A DNA stretch of 64,000 bases from Candidatus Omnitrophota bacterium (GTDB lineage Bacteria; Omnitrophota; Gorgyraeia; Gygaellales; Profunditerraquicolaceae), in NCBI GenBank assembly GCA_016208765.1, contig JACQXK010000004.1:20243-84242 (forward strand), given 5' to 3'. Position 1 is the stretch's first letter, and the number at the start of each line of letters is the position of its first letter. Shown in pieces: positions 39,249 to 51,853 of the stretch. Under the pieces are notes generated by a model. The model was not told the origin of the DNA, made no database searches, and saw nothing but the letters and a program-made list of their open reading frames with translations. Made by a program: the position numbers and the translations under genes.

Positions 39249-42200
39249 TTAGATTGAATCAATAATTAGTGATACTTTCATTAAATCCTCATCACTTTCC
39301 ACGCTATTTGCTTCATCCAACTTGTAAGTCTTAACCACAGCTAAAGCCAAATCTTGAACGTGGCGCGACAACTCTTTTCTCTGAATACATGAGCTTGCCA
39401 CCATTGCAAACCTCTGGGAATTCGGCCTGATCCCTGCTTCAAGCATCTTGTTTATCTGACGCAGTTCATCATCAATATCCATATTCCTATCTGCCTGCGG
39501 CAACTGCAGGTTCAGCTTTGCAAAATTTCCCATAGGTTGGGCGATGATATTAATGGCACGAAAATCTATACCGCCTACACTGCTATTCTTTGCTTCTACC
39601 GCCGAAGAAGCAGTATCTCTAAGATAAGCCTGGAGAAAATCGCACAGCTCTGACATTGGTTCTGTAAAGGCACGAGCATCCGGATGTTTTCCTTCATTTT
39701 TAATATTGTATTTTATTTCCCGTATACAGGGAAAAAATTGAGTAGAGATTAACCAACGGAGTTTTGACTCCATATTAACTCCACCAAAATTAACTCCCCT
39801 GTCTTTTCCTAATTGAAATACAAGTGCACTCAATAAACCATCTTCTAAAAAGGAATCGAGATTATCGGGAAAATGCCGGCCAAATTGGATAGCGGCCTTT
39901 ATGAGAATAACTACATCGCGATTAGTAACTTGTTCATCTTGAGAGGGCATTTTAACAAGCCTGCTTAGCCATTGCTCAAAAATTCGTATGATACTGTCCC
40001 GGTACAACCAAGATTCTTTATTCATCATGTGCCTATCAAGAATCGTAGGCACAGCCTGAATCATCTCATCAGCAAATTCTCTACTTTGCTGCTGTGCAAA
40101 CTTATCAATTCCATCCTTAAACACTCCAGGTGTTTCATAATATTTTTTTACTCTTTGATAATATTTTTCAACTTCTCCGGGAGTAGGCGAACGGCCAAAA
40201 TCAACAAAAAACCTATGAACCAAAGGCACAAGATACAATTTCGCAAATTCAGCTCTTTGTTCCTGATTCCAATATTTTGTATCTGGATTATTAAGAGTTT
40301 GAACAAGTATTATGGACAGCTTTAATATACCATCAGGTGACTGGAAAGTTTTTTCATCGTCTACCTCCAATAACGAAGAGACTACATCCTCTCCCGCTTC
40401 CGCCGCCGAGCTGGCATATTGCTGCTCGTAAATTTGCTTAGACCGGGCAAAAACCACCATTAACCTTGCCAAATTCTTTATTTCTGTAGCATCCGGGACA
40501 AACATTGTAACTGATTCTGTGTTTACTTCGCTAAACCTGTCAGCATAAGCCATTGCATAAATTCCGTCTACTTCTGAAGGATACAAACCATGCAAATAAA
40601 CAGGGACATTGCCATCAGATTTAATCAAAATCTCAGTTTCCTTTACCTTATTCAGATCCTTTACCGAAGTCATTATTACCTCAAAAGACAAATCCACTCC
40701 GCCTGCAGTCAACTGCCGGCTCTTATGCTGTTCTCCGGGGCAAAAACCAAAACGGTCAAATCCTAAAAATGCTAAATATTTCTTGAAGATTTCTGTAAGG
40801 CTGTTCCTATCCTCATAAAGTACAACGTTAAAAGTTTTTCCTGAATTGGCCGCCTTCAGGCGTAAGGCTGCCAATTGTCTTGCAGTTTGTTCTTCAGTTT
40901 GGCTTAATCTTACTTGAGCGGAAGACTGTAAAATTAAATCTAATAAACGTTTCATTTGTTTCTCTTTATCTTCCATCTGGGAAAATTCATTTAGCGGAAC
41001 TCCCAGCGGTTCGCTTTGCCCCATTTGTTCAAGCTGCTTAAGAAACCTGTGTATATGCTCTAACCTAACCGTGCTCACATCCACAGGTGTTGACGGCTCT
41101 TTTAATAACCTTGTCAGATCGTTTAGAAGGCTACGCGTTGTATCTCCGGAAACAAAACCATCTCCATTACGTAAGCCATTGGCACGCAAAAGAGCTCCGT
41201 CAGCTACAAGCATTTCGTTTTCAACATATGTATGCTCTCTCTGCGCCTCATCTCTAACCGGAAGACCATTTACATCTTTATTTCCTTTTCTGTTAAACGC
41301 GTTAAATCCTCTTCCTTCACGCACCAATGCCTTGGCACCCTCAACATCAGGCTGGCGAAAAGGAGTTATATCATTAAAAATCTCATGCAATTTCTTTAAT
41401 GCCTCAAACTGCGCATCACCCTGTTTTGGGCCCTGCATAATTTTGACAATATTCGCTGGATTAGAAAGATCAACCTCCTGCAAAGACTTATCGGCTTTCT
41501 GTTTTTCCCTGAGTACCTCAGCAGTAGTCAACATGCCATATCTAACAGTAAGGTTTTCCACAAACTGGACGTACTTACCCAATTCTCTTTCAGAGATAGA
41601 TTTCATCTTGTATCTAATCACTAAATCATTCGGCCCTGCACCAACATCTATTGGCTCCTGGCCTTCAAGATCAATCACAAAATAAGCCTTTCTTCCAATA
41701 CCAGGAATGTTACTAAACGCCCGCTTTACATGCGCAGAGTCAAAATTGTATGTCTGCAAGCCCTGCGGCATGCCCATCTTTCTTCCCTTACCTGTACTCT
41801 CCGGTATAAGCTGCTCTAAAAGCTCAGTTGGCCGCGAAAAAACCAAACCATTGGGTGCAGTAATTACAAAATGATGAATATCTCTCCGGTAAAGCTCTTC
41901 GGCAAATTTTGCGCTCTCTGAGGTACCGGCTCTTTGCTCCTGGGCTTCTTCTCTGGCGCCTGCTAATATCTCTTCTGCGTCCATGCCTAAAAGCACAGCA
42001 TAAGTCAAAGAAGCAGGGCTTACTCCTTGAAACCTGCCTCCTAAATTATCCAACATCAAAATTGAAGCCACTTCATTTTCGTTACCGTCAAAAAGCTGCT
42101 TTAAGAAGCCTTTTCTGAATTGATCCAAACGGCTGCCTTTTTTCTGCTCTTGATCATATTTACCGGTAGTCATGATCATATTACTAAATACAGTTTTAAG

Positions 42201-44777
42201 GATACCACGTTCTTCTTCGGAAAGATTAAGCTCTGAAATATTTTTCTCTGCTAAAGGCTTTCCATCAAACATTTTATTTATCAGATTATTAGCAATTGTA
42301 ATTCCCTTTTCATCGCCATAATTAAATCTTGCCCAAATACGGATCATCATCCTTAAAACCATCTGAAAGTTAACCATGGTTTCATCGGTTTGGCCGGATT
42401 TTGAGCTAACTTTCCACAACAGTTTTGTCCGGGGATTTTTTCTTAAGGAAACTAACAGTTCCTCCTCCATAGCATTAAAATCTGTCCCCAATGAATCAGC
42501 CACTATCAGCCTTCTATTGCTGTGTTTGACGACATAACCTGCTTCAGGCAGGGCACAAGTAGTTTGGCCACCGATACCAATACCAACTATAATTACATCG
42601 CCTTTATAATTCTGGTAATCATCACCAAAATGCTTTTTGGCAAATTTATAAATAACATTAAGCGCATCTCGCATTGGCTGGCCAAAACGCGGCGCGCCCT
42701 TATAATGATTATCTTCTCCAAATGCCAGATAACCAAAACCCTCGGGATCAGATGTTAAACCTACCTGATATAATAAATTAGTAAGCGGCCTCACTGCTTC
42801 CACAGAACGCACGGCGGAGCTGGCGAGGAACTTCCTATGCCCTAATAGATCATCCTCTGGCCCGGAGAGATTCAATTTAGCGGATTTTCCCGCGGCTGTT
42901 TCCAGAGAACAACCAAGGTTTGTTATTAAACAATCCTTACTTACCATGGCAATGCCATTTTTCTCTGCCCAATCAAGCACCAGGCCACCAACACATGCTT
43001 TCTTAACTTTGGCCTGGTCCATAGAACCAGTGGAAGCAGGAGCCTCATAAGAACAAACAAAAGTAGGATCATTAGAAGATGCCCTAAACACGAATCTGCC
43101 GGCAAACTCTCCGCTCGTAGATTCAAAAACAATATCAGCAAATCTATATAGCCCTCCGTCTTCAGGATCATCCTGATAGGTATTAAACTCCTTAACCCTT
43201 AAGTCTCCGGCTGCTGTTTTATAAACTTTCCCTACTACAAATTCCTTACTCAAAGCTTTAATACTTGAATCTTTACCCAAGGCAATTATTGCCTGAGGCG
43301 GATTTTTAGTATCTTTGGAATCATATTTCCATCCTGTATTATTCCGCGGATCAAGCGATAACTTTGCCAAAAGATCAGGATGGAATGGCGGTTGAAACCT
43401 TGGTGATTGGACATAAGGAACGCTGTTCTTAACATAAACGGACAGGAAAGGATTCGCAGATTTTGGAGCATCTCCTTCGTAATTCTGCTGCTTTACCAAA
43501 ACAGAGAATAAAACCGCTATTGCCACGGGATTTTCAACTTCACCAGTAACATCAAGCCAGGAGTGGCCTGAACGCTCCCCATACACCGGGATTACCCAAC
43601 CCGCCTTAAGTTTCTCCTGCCTTTCCTTCTTTAAGAGAACATAGCCTGCGTCAGTTTGTAACGGAACTACGCCAGATCTGTTTGCGACATCATTAACCCC
43701 AAAGGTCCCTAACACGTCCCGGATCACACCAATCTTTTTTCCGGTTACTGCAGGGTCATAACCCAGATCTTTTATTAAATACGGTAACAGCACCCCAAGC
43801 ATATTATCCGGGGAGATAGAAACAAACCTGATACCAGGCATAGTTACCGGCCTATGTGGCACAATAATAGCGCCTCTGTCACCATCAAGGTCAAAGGCGA
43901 TCCCCATATCGGCATTATCGGCTTCAATGCTCTTTTTTAACTGCTCAAGGTTTTTTTCTATAGACGGGTCTGCGTTATGCTCACCTTTAATTTCCCGGAC
44001 ATCGCCGTTTATCAGGATCACTTGTGCGCCTAAATTCCTGAAGGTATCGGCAGCTAACTTACCGCTGGGAGTGTGCGAACCTTCAACCACTATCTTCATG
44101 CCTTTTAAAGGCCGAGTTTGACCAAGTTGACCTTCCCAACGGTCCAGAACATTAACAGGATTATCTGAATCCTGGATCTGCCTTGCTAAGTCAAATAAAG
44201 AACGTTTCGCAAACGCAGCCCTTCCTAACAGGATGTTAAATTTTACACAGTTTCTATCTACATTCGTTATAGAAAATGTCCCGCGCGTAGCCGAAAGCGG
44301 AAGAGACTGTCTCTTTTCGGTCATTTCCATAAGATTCTCAACTATTTGCTTTGATTCTTTCTTTATTTCTCTTGTGCTCATACTCTGCAAAGTGCCGCCT
44401 TTTTCAACAAGCATCGCTACTTTAAACCCAACTACAATTTCCTCAATAGGCCGGGAAACATGGCTTGCAGTAATAAATATACTCATCAAAGGTTTAATCT
44501 CCTGCACCGCCCAGGAATACGAGGTAACAGCATTAGGCCCGTCTTCAAAAGTGCTAATGACATTCAATCCCCTATCTCTTAAGGATTCTATTAAGGCGTC
44601 AATTATTCCGGGATCAACTTGCCTGGCGTCTTTGGCAACAACAACTGTACGGTTTTCTATACCGGCTGCTTTTGCTTTTCTTAATGCCATTTCCGACCAA
44701 GCCAACCCAAGCAAACCTACAAATTTAGGATCCAAAGGTTCTTTGCCGGTATACCTATAATCATAATCCCTAAACAT
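39249..44777 (-). CDS. 1842-aa multidomain protein: phosphohexomutase (PGM/PMM) + glucose-6-phosphate isomerase (PGI) + ~740-aa uncharacterised C-terminal region
   Basis: All four alpha-D-phosphohexomutase motifs occur in order: TASHVSRP (aa 103), DLDGDRGA (aa 296), GERSGH (aa 400) and RASSNDP (aa 565). PGI motifs follow: VGIGIGGQ (aa 731), SKSGQTDET (aa 792), LGGRFQGVSPASLT (aa 912) and PESTGKG (aa 992). Residues 1100-1842 show no recognisable motif. Single uninterrupted ORF. Confidence 0.8.
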   Translation of the reverse strand: MFRDYDYRYTGKEPLDPKFVGLLGLAWSEMALRKAKAAGIENRTVVVAKDARQVDPGIIDALIESLRDRGLNVISTFEDGPNAVTSYSWAVQEIKPLMSIFITASHVSRPIEEIVVGFKVAMLVEKGGTLQSMSTREIKKESKQIVENLMEMTEKRQSLPLSATRGTFSITNVDRNCVKFNILLGRAAFAKRSLFDLARQIQDSDNPVNVLDRWEGQLGQTRPLKGMKIVVEGSHTPSGKLAADTFRNLGAQVILINGDVREIKGEHNADPSIEKNLEQLKKSIEADNADMGIAFDLDGDRGAIIVPHRPVTMPGIRFVSISPDNMLGVLLPYLIKDLGYDPAVTGKKIGVIRDVLGTFGVNDVANRSGVVPLQTDAGYVLLKKERQEKLKAGWVIPVYGERSGHSWLDVTGEVENPVAIAVLFSVLVKQQNYEGDAPKSANPFLSVYVKNSVPYVQSPRFQPPFHPDLLAKLSLDPRNNTGWKYDSKDTKNPPQAIIALGKDSSIKALSKEFVVGKVYKTAAGDLRVKEFNTYQDDPEDGGLYRFADIVFESTSGEFAGRFVFRASSNDPTFVCSYEAPASTGSMDQAKVKKACVGGLVLDWAEKNGIAMVSKDCLITNLGCSLETAAGKSAKLNLSGPEDDLLGHRKFLASSAVRSVEAVRPLTNLLYQVGLTSDPEGFGYLAFGEDNHYKGAPRFGQPMRDALNVIYKFAKKHFGDDYQNYKGDVIIVGIGIGGQTTCALPEAGYVVKHSNRRLIVADSLGTDFNAMEEELLVSLRKNPRTKLLWKVSSKSGQTDETMVNFQMVLRMMIRIWARFNYGDEKGITIANNLINKMFDGKPLAEKNISELNLSEEERGILKTVFSNMIMTTGKYDQEQKKGSRLDQFRKGFLKQLFDGNENEVASILMLDNLGGRFQGVSPASLTYAVLLGMDAEEILAGAREEAQEQRAGTSESAKFAEELYRRDIHHFVITAPNGLVFSRPTELLEQLIPESTGKGRKMGMPQGLQTYNFDSAHVKRAFSNIPGIGRKAYFVIDLEGQEPIDVGAGPNDLVIRYKMKSISERELGKYVQFVENLTVRYGMLTTAEVLREKQKADKSLQEVDLSNPANIVKIMQGPKQGDAQFEALKKLHEIFNDITPFRQPDVEGAKALVREGRGFNAFNRKGNKDVNGLPVRDEAQREHTYVENEMLVADGALLRANGLRNGDGFVSGDTTRSLLNDLTRLLKEPSTPVDVSTVRLEHIHRFLKQLEQMGQSEPLGVPLNEFSQMEDKEKQMKRLLDLILQSSAQVRLSQTEEQTARQLAALRLKAANSGKTFNVVLYEDRNSLTEIFKKYLAFLGFDRFGFCPGEQHKSRQLTAGGVDLSFEVIMTSVKDLNKVKETEILIKSDGNVPVYLHGLYPSEVDGIYAMAYADRFSEVNTESVTMFVPDATEIKNLARLMVVFARSKQIYEQQYASSAAEAGEDVVSSLLEVDDEKTFQSPDGILKLSIILVQTLNNPDTKYWNQEQRAEFAKLYLVPLVHRFFVDFGRSPTPGEVEKYYQRVKKYYETPGVFKDGIDKFAQQQSREFADEMIQAVPTILDRHMMNKESWLYRDSIIRIFEQWLSRLVKMPSQDEQVTNRDVVILIKAAIQFGRHFPDNLDSFLEDGLLSALVFQLGKDRGVNFGGVNMESKLRWLISTQFFPCIREIKYNIKNEGKHPDARAFTEPMSELCDFLQAYLRDTASSAVEAKNSSVGGIDFRAINIIAQPMGNFAKLNLQLPQADRNMDIDDELRQINKMLEAGIRPNSQRFAMVASSCIQRKELSRHVQDLALAVVKTYKLDEANSVESDEDLMKVSLIIDSI

Positions 44778-46087
44778 ATCCCCGACCTGTCCTGAAACAG
44801 CAGAGGAGGCTGCTTCATCAGTACCACAGAAAATGTATTTATCGTAGTTATTCCATTATTTGCTATTACAGAACTTCCAGAACCCTGGATTAATACAGGG
44901 TCACTGCCTATTTGCGCTGGAGTTCCAGTTAAGAGTTCTGTGCCGGGTGTGTGTAATAAAATATTTGTAATTCCTGAACTTGCCCGCCCAACCCCGGAAA
45001 CCGGGCTTGAGCCAAACTGGATTCCACCACTAAAATAGCTTCTAATGACTTGGCCGGAAAGAGTATTTACCGGAACCTTCAAATTATATTCCCCGTCTTT
45101 AAATGACTTCTGGTAATCTTTAAAATAAGTGTTTTTTGACCAAACCTGGGCTGAGGTTAAACCTCGCAAATCAGACTTATTAATAAGGTAAGAGTACGTG
45201 CCGGATTTACCAGTAAAATTTGATTTAAACCAACGCGCCAAAACCAAAGAATAAAACACCTGCCTAAGGTTGGCGTACTTCCTGGAGGTATTCACCATTT
45301 TTGTCAGCTTAGGCAGGATAGATTGTTTGATAAGCTCGGTGGAGTATTTATTGAGTTCTTTTAACCTTGGGTCAGTAAAGGAATAATTTGTTGAACCTGG
45401 GACAGTCCCCTTCGGGGACAGTCCCTTCAAGTAATCGTCCTCCAACATCACCTTCATTGTCGCCTTATAAATATAGACGCTGTCATTGCTCTGACGGATA
45501 ATAACTTCATTCGGAGTGATCCAGGGGCGGGTTAAAGTGGGGATGGTAATTTGCTCTGACCCTAAATGCTCTTCTGCTTTCTTGTAAAGTTTATCCCAAT
45601 AGGCTTTGCCTTCCGGAGTTTCAGGGGAAGTTAATCTTGCAGTATCTTTCTTTAACTCAAGGTCAGTCTCAAGGAAGATCTTTCCTATATCAGTCTTTGC
45701 CAAATCATCGTCAATAATATTATCTGCGGCATCCGGGCGAAGATTTACCCAAAATTTGTCATCCGGTAAGGTTAAACCAACAAGAAAATAGCGCAAGAGC
45801 TCCTGGGTTGCACTAGTTTTAGAGATTGCTTCACCACCTGCGGTGGTTCGCAATGACGAACCTTCGCTTCCTTTGTCTAAAAGAACCTTGAATTCATTGC
45901 TAAGGCTATTATAGGAAAAGTAGCGTAGGTGCGCTGGGCAGAATTTGTCTGTGGAAAAAGATTGCTGCATCCCTTTAAAATACCCCGCCATATTAAGCTG
46001 AGCTGCAATTTGGGCAAAACCAGCCTGTTGAAAAATAAGTGAAATTGAGAGAATTATGGCGGCGATTCGGTTAAGTTTCTTAGACAT
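44717..46087 (-). CDS. Secreted hypothetical protein (456 aa)
   Basis: Signal peptide MSKKLNRIAAIILSISLIFQQAGFAQ. No recognisable domains. Its 3' end overlaps the start of the giant gene by 61 bp. Confidence 0.45.
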   Translation of the reverse strand: MSKKLNRIAAIILSISLIFQQAGFAQIAAQLNMAGYFKGMQQSFSTDKFCPAHLRYFSYNSLSNEFKVLLDKGSEGSSLRTTAGGEAISKTSATQELLRYFLVGLTLPDDKFWVNLRPDAADNIIDDDLAKTDIGKIFLETDLELKKDTARLTSPETPEGKAYWDKLYKKAEEHLGSEQITIPTLTRPWITPNEVIIRQSNDSVYIYKATMKVMLEDDYLKGLSPKGTVPGSTNYSFTDPRLKELNKYSTELIKQSILPKLTKMVNTSRKYANLRQVFYSLVLARWFKSNFTGKSGTYSYLINKSDLRGLTSAQVWSKNTYFKDYQKSFKDGEYNLKVPVNTLSGQVIRSYFSGGIQFGSSPVSGVGRASSGITNILLHTPGTELLTGTPAQIGSDPVLIQGSGSSVIANNGITTINTFSVVLMKQPPLLFQDRSGICLGIMIIGIPAKNLWILNL

Positions 46088-46167
46088 TTTAAAGCCTCCT
46101 TTAAATTCAAAGATTTTTTATCATATTCCTTTTACTCACTTCGCTTGTTGCGTAAATTGTGCGCTCA

Positions 46168-46212
46168 ATAAAAATAAAAAACCGGACTGACCTTTTTTTG
46201 TCAATCCGGTTT
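46168..46212 (-). terminator. Intrinsic terminator of the atp operon
   Basis: AACCGGACTGAC...GTCAATCCGGTT stem followed on the minus strand by UUUUUUAUUUUUAUU, 3' of atpC. Confidence 0.5.
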
Positions 46213-46340
46213 AAATTTACTCGTGCCAGGTTTGGTTACCTCCAATAACCAAACCATCGGAAAACCTAATTTTAATACATCTTGTATAAACTTAACACAA
46301 ATTTCTTTCTTGTCAAGAGTTTTTTAAAGTCTTTTTATTC

Positions 46341-46604
46341 CTAATCACTCACTTTTTCCAGAAGCAAAACTACCTGATTATTAAACACTTGCAGAAACCC
46401 ATTTCCCATTGATAAAAATAAGCTCTTGTTATTACTGCTGTCTTTTAAAACAATCTTCCCTTTAACCAAATTACTGATAATCGGGGCATGATTTGCTAAA
46501 ATCTCCAAATAGCCGATTTCACCGGGTGCCACCACAGAAGAAACCTGGCCGCTAAAAACTGTTCTTTCCGGAGTAATAATCTTAACCTGAAAAGGCTTGT
46601 CCAT
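46341..46604 (-). CDS. atpC: F-type ATP synthase epsilon subunit (short form, beta-sandwich domain only)
   Basis: VKIITPERTVFSGQVSSVVAPGEIGYLEILANHAPI. At 87 aa it lacks the C-terminal helical hairpin. Confidence 0.8.
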   Translation of the reverse strand: MDKPFQVKIITPERTVFSGQVSSVVAPGEIGYLEILANHAPIISNLVKGKIVLKDSSNNKSLFLSMGNGFLQVFNNQVVLLLEKVSD

Positions 46605-46616
46605 AATTTTAAGGCC

Positions 46617-48876
<2,260 letters not shown>

Positions 48877-48880
<4 letters not shown>

Positions 48881-50406
48881 TTCTTTGGGCCTTTCAAAAA
48901 TTCTTCTTTGAACAAAACTATAGCGGCATTTAAACGTTTTATCAGTTGATCGCTTAATTCTTTTTTATTTTCAATCTCCTGTACAATTTCAAGATGATTA
49001 TCATCCATAAATTTATAAAGGCCGGTTTCAAATCTTTTTATTTCAGCAGTAGGCAGATCATCTAAAATGCCGCGGGTAGCAGCATAAATAATCATTACCT
49101 GCCTTGAAACAGACAAAGGCTGATACTGGCCCTGTTTTAAAATCTCCGCCATTTTCTCGCCGCGGGAAAGCTGGGCCTGAGTCGTCTTATCAAGTTCTGT
49201 GCCAAACTGGGTAAAGGTTACAAGCTCCCTGTACTGCGCCAAATCAAGGCGCAATTTTGAAGCCACCTGGCGCATCGCCTTTACCTGCGCCTTGCCTCCG
49301 ACGCGCGAAACTGATAAGCCCACATTAATCGCAGGGCGCACACCTGCATAAAATAAATCAGCCTCCAGATAAATCTGCCCGTCGGTAATAGAGATCACAT
49401 TTGTCGGAACATAACTTGTAATATCCCCTGCCTGAGTTTCAATTATCGGAATAGCTGTAATTGAGCCGCCACCTAAATCATCGCTTAATTTTGCCGATCT
49501 TTCCAGAAGGCGCGAATGCAGATAGAAAATGTCTCCCGGATAAGCTTCTCTTCCCGGCGGCCTTCTTAAAAGCAAAGACAACTGCCTGTACGCCTGGGCG
49601 TGTTTTGACAAATCATCGTAGATAATTAAAACATCTTCCCCTTGATACATTAATTCTTCTGCCATAGCGCAACCGGAATAAGGCGCGAGGTACTGAAGAG
49701 ATGCGGAAGCCCGGCTTGAAGCGCTGACAATTGTGGTATATTCCATTGCCCCATATTTTTCTAAAGTCTCATGCACAGCCACAACACTTGAAAGTTTCCC
49801 TCCGATGGCAACATAAATACAATAAACATTCTTGCCTTTTTGATTAATGATCATATCCATGGCAATAGCGGTTTTTCCGGTCTGGCGGTCAGCAATAATA
49901 AGTTCTCTTTGCCCCCGGCCAATAGGAGTCATCGCATCAATTGCTTTAATTCCGGTTTCTAAAGGCTCACTTACCGGCTGACGCTCCACTACATTAGGCG
50001 CCTTTGCTTCTATGGGTCGGAATTTATCTGTATGGATCGGCTCTTTGCCGTCTATGGGTTTACCAAGGGCATTAACTACCCTGCCAAGAAGTTGCTTTCC
50101 CACCGGGACCTGGACAATCTTACCGGTCCTTCTTACGACATCGCCTTCTTTAATATCTTTATCGGGATTATCAGTACCGAAGATTACCACTCCGACGCTG
50201 TCCTCCTCAAGATTAAAAACCATACCCATGATCTTCTCGGAAAACTGTACAAGCTCTCCTGCCATAACATCATCTAATCCATAAACCCTGGCAATGGTAT
50301 CTCCTACCTGAATAACCGTTCCCACAGATTCCATGCGCAGGCGCGTTTTATACTGTTCCAGTTCTTTCTTAATAATTGAGGTTACTTCTTCCGGTTTTAA
50401 TGCCAT
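48877..50406 (-). CDS. atpA: F-type ATP synthase alpha subunit
   Basis: [12 protein letters not shown]-loop. 509 aa. Confidence 0.95.
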
Positions 50407-50407
50407 A

Positions 50408-50965
50408 TTACACCCTCACTGTCATTAGTTTCTCTTTAAGGTCTACTAATCTTCTTTTTACTGAACCGTCAATCACTGTGTTTCCGATAATCACCTGCAA
50501 CCCTCCCAAGAGACTTCCGTCTAAATCTATATAAAATTTAAATTTCCTGTTAAAATGCCTCTCAAGCGTATCTTCTATTTTCTTGATTGTTTCCAGCTCT
50601 AACGGAAAACTGATTTTTAATAAAACATCTTCTTCCCCTGCATGGGAAAAAGTAACCCTGATATATTCTGTAATATCAAGAAGCTTGTCAATGCGTTCCT
50701 TTTCAAGCAATAATTTCAGGAAATTTTTTGTCTCTTGAGAAAAATCCGCGCCCAAAACTTTCTCCACAAGGCTAAACTTTTCCCCAAGCCCCAGCACCAT
50801 GCCGCACAAGAGCCTGAAAAACTCAGGATTATCCCTGATAATGCTCTTTAGGTTTTTAAAATCTTCCACGGCCTTCTCCAGGCCTATGTTTTCTTTTGCA
50901 TACCCGATAAAGGCATCGGCATATCTTTTTACCACTATTTCATCTTTAATCTCACTGTACTTCAT
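50408..50965 (-). CDS. atpH: F-type ATP synthase delta (OSCP) subunit
   Basis: Position between atpF and atpA. Length and helical OSCP pattern. Confidence 0.75.
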   Translation of the reverse strand: MKYSEIKDEIVVKRYADAFIGYAKENIGLEKAVEDFKNLKSIIRDNPEFFRLLCGMVLGLGEKFSLVEKVLGADFSQETKNFLKLLLEKERIDKLLDITEYIRVTFSHAGEEDVLLKISFPLELETIKKIEDTLERHFNRKFKFYIDLDGSLLGGLQVIIGNTVIDGSVKRRLVDLKEKLMTVRV

Positions 50966-51449
50966 CTAACCTTTCCAAGAAATCATTAACCAGCTTTTTG
51001 TCTGTCTCTTCTGTAAGCTTCTCCCTGAAAACCATTGAAGTCGCCTCAATGGTTAAATCAACAATCTCTTCTTTTAACTGCTCCTTGGCAAGAGAAAGCT
51101 CATGGCGGATGCTTGCCTTTGCATTATTAATAATATCCTGCGCCTCTTCATAAGCTTTTTTTCTTATCTGGTCATCAATCTTTCTTCCCTCTGAAATAGC
51201 CTCCTGAATCCTCTTGTGCGCTTCAGCTTCAATATTATTTAACTTTGCCTGATAATCCGCAGCAAGCTGCAAAGCTTCGGCCTTAAGCTTATCAGCATCT
51301 TTAATTTCCTGAGAAATTTTCCCTCTGCGCGCATCCAAAAAAGAGAGCGCCTTCCTCCAGAAAAATTTGCGCAAGATAAAAAACAGGATCAGGAAACTGA
51401 TTATCTGCGCGATTACCTCATTTGTGCTGATAAATTTCAGTAATTCCAT
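50952..51449 (-). CDS. atpF: F-type ATP synthase subunit b
   Basis: Single N-terminal TM then a long charged helix. Operon position. Confidence 0.8.
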   Translation of the reverse strand: MELLKFISTNEVIAQIISFLILFFILRKFFWRKALSFLDARRGKISQEIKDADKLKAEALQLAADYQAKLNNIEAEAHKRIQEAISEGRKIDDQIRKKAYEEAQDIINNAKASIRHELSLAKEQLKEEIVDLTIEATSMVFREKLTEETDKKLVNDFLERLDEVQ

Positions 51450-51469
51450 AACTCAAACCTTTCCACCTG

Positions 51470-51703
51470 TTATTGCAGTTTTCCCGAAAACATAAAAACT
51501 ACAACCAAGGCATATATGGTCAATGCTTCAATAAAAGCACAACCAACTGCCATGGTAATCAGGATCTTTCCCGAAGCTTCAGGTTGCCTGCCGGTAGCTT
51601 CCATTGCGGCGGCCACAGCCTTTCCCAATCCTATCCCCGAACCTAACGCAGCAATTCCCACTCCTATGGGAAGTGCAAATGCCAATGCTGTTCTTAAATC
51701 CAT
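51470..51703 (-). CDS. atpE: F-type ATP synthase subunit c
   Basis: Helix hairpin with GxGxGxG ([15 protein letters not shown]) and the conserved carboxylate E in AFIEAL. Confidence 0.9.
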   Translation of the reverse strand: MDLRTALAFALPIGVGIAALGSGIGLGKAVAAAMEATGRQPEASGKILITMAVGCAFIEALTIYALVVVFMFSGKLQ

Positions 51704-51737
51704 AGTTTCCTCCTTGTTTAAGAATTACTTAACCGGA

Positions 51738-51838
51738 CTAAATGGGGGAGAATAGCGTCATGCCCGCAAATGCAGGCATCCAGGCGTTCCCATGGCTGGA
51801 TTCCCGCTTACGCGGGAATGACAATTTCTCCCATTGAC
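51738..51838 (-). repeat. Structured GC-rich repeat family R2, copy B (in the atpB-atpE intergenic region)
   Basis: The reverse complement reads GTCATTCCCGCGTAAGCGGGAATCCAGCCATGGGAACGCCTGGATGCCTGCATTTGCGGGCATGAC... This matches 13404-13504 and has a co-varying third hairpin. Confidence 0.75.
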
Positions 51839-51853
51839 TAACACATTACAGAA

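Noticed and set aside
39080-39262. 60-aa minus-strand ORF
   Set aside because: Lies inside the palindromic repeat R1 copy 3 and the intergenic spacer. No coding features.
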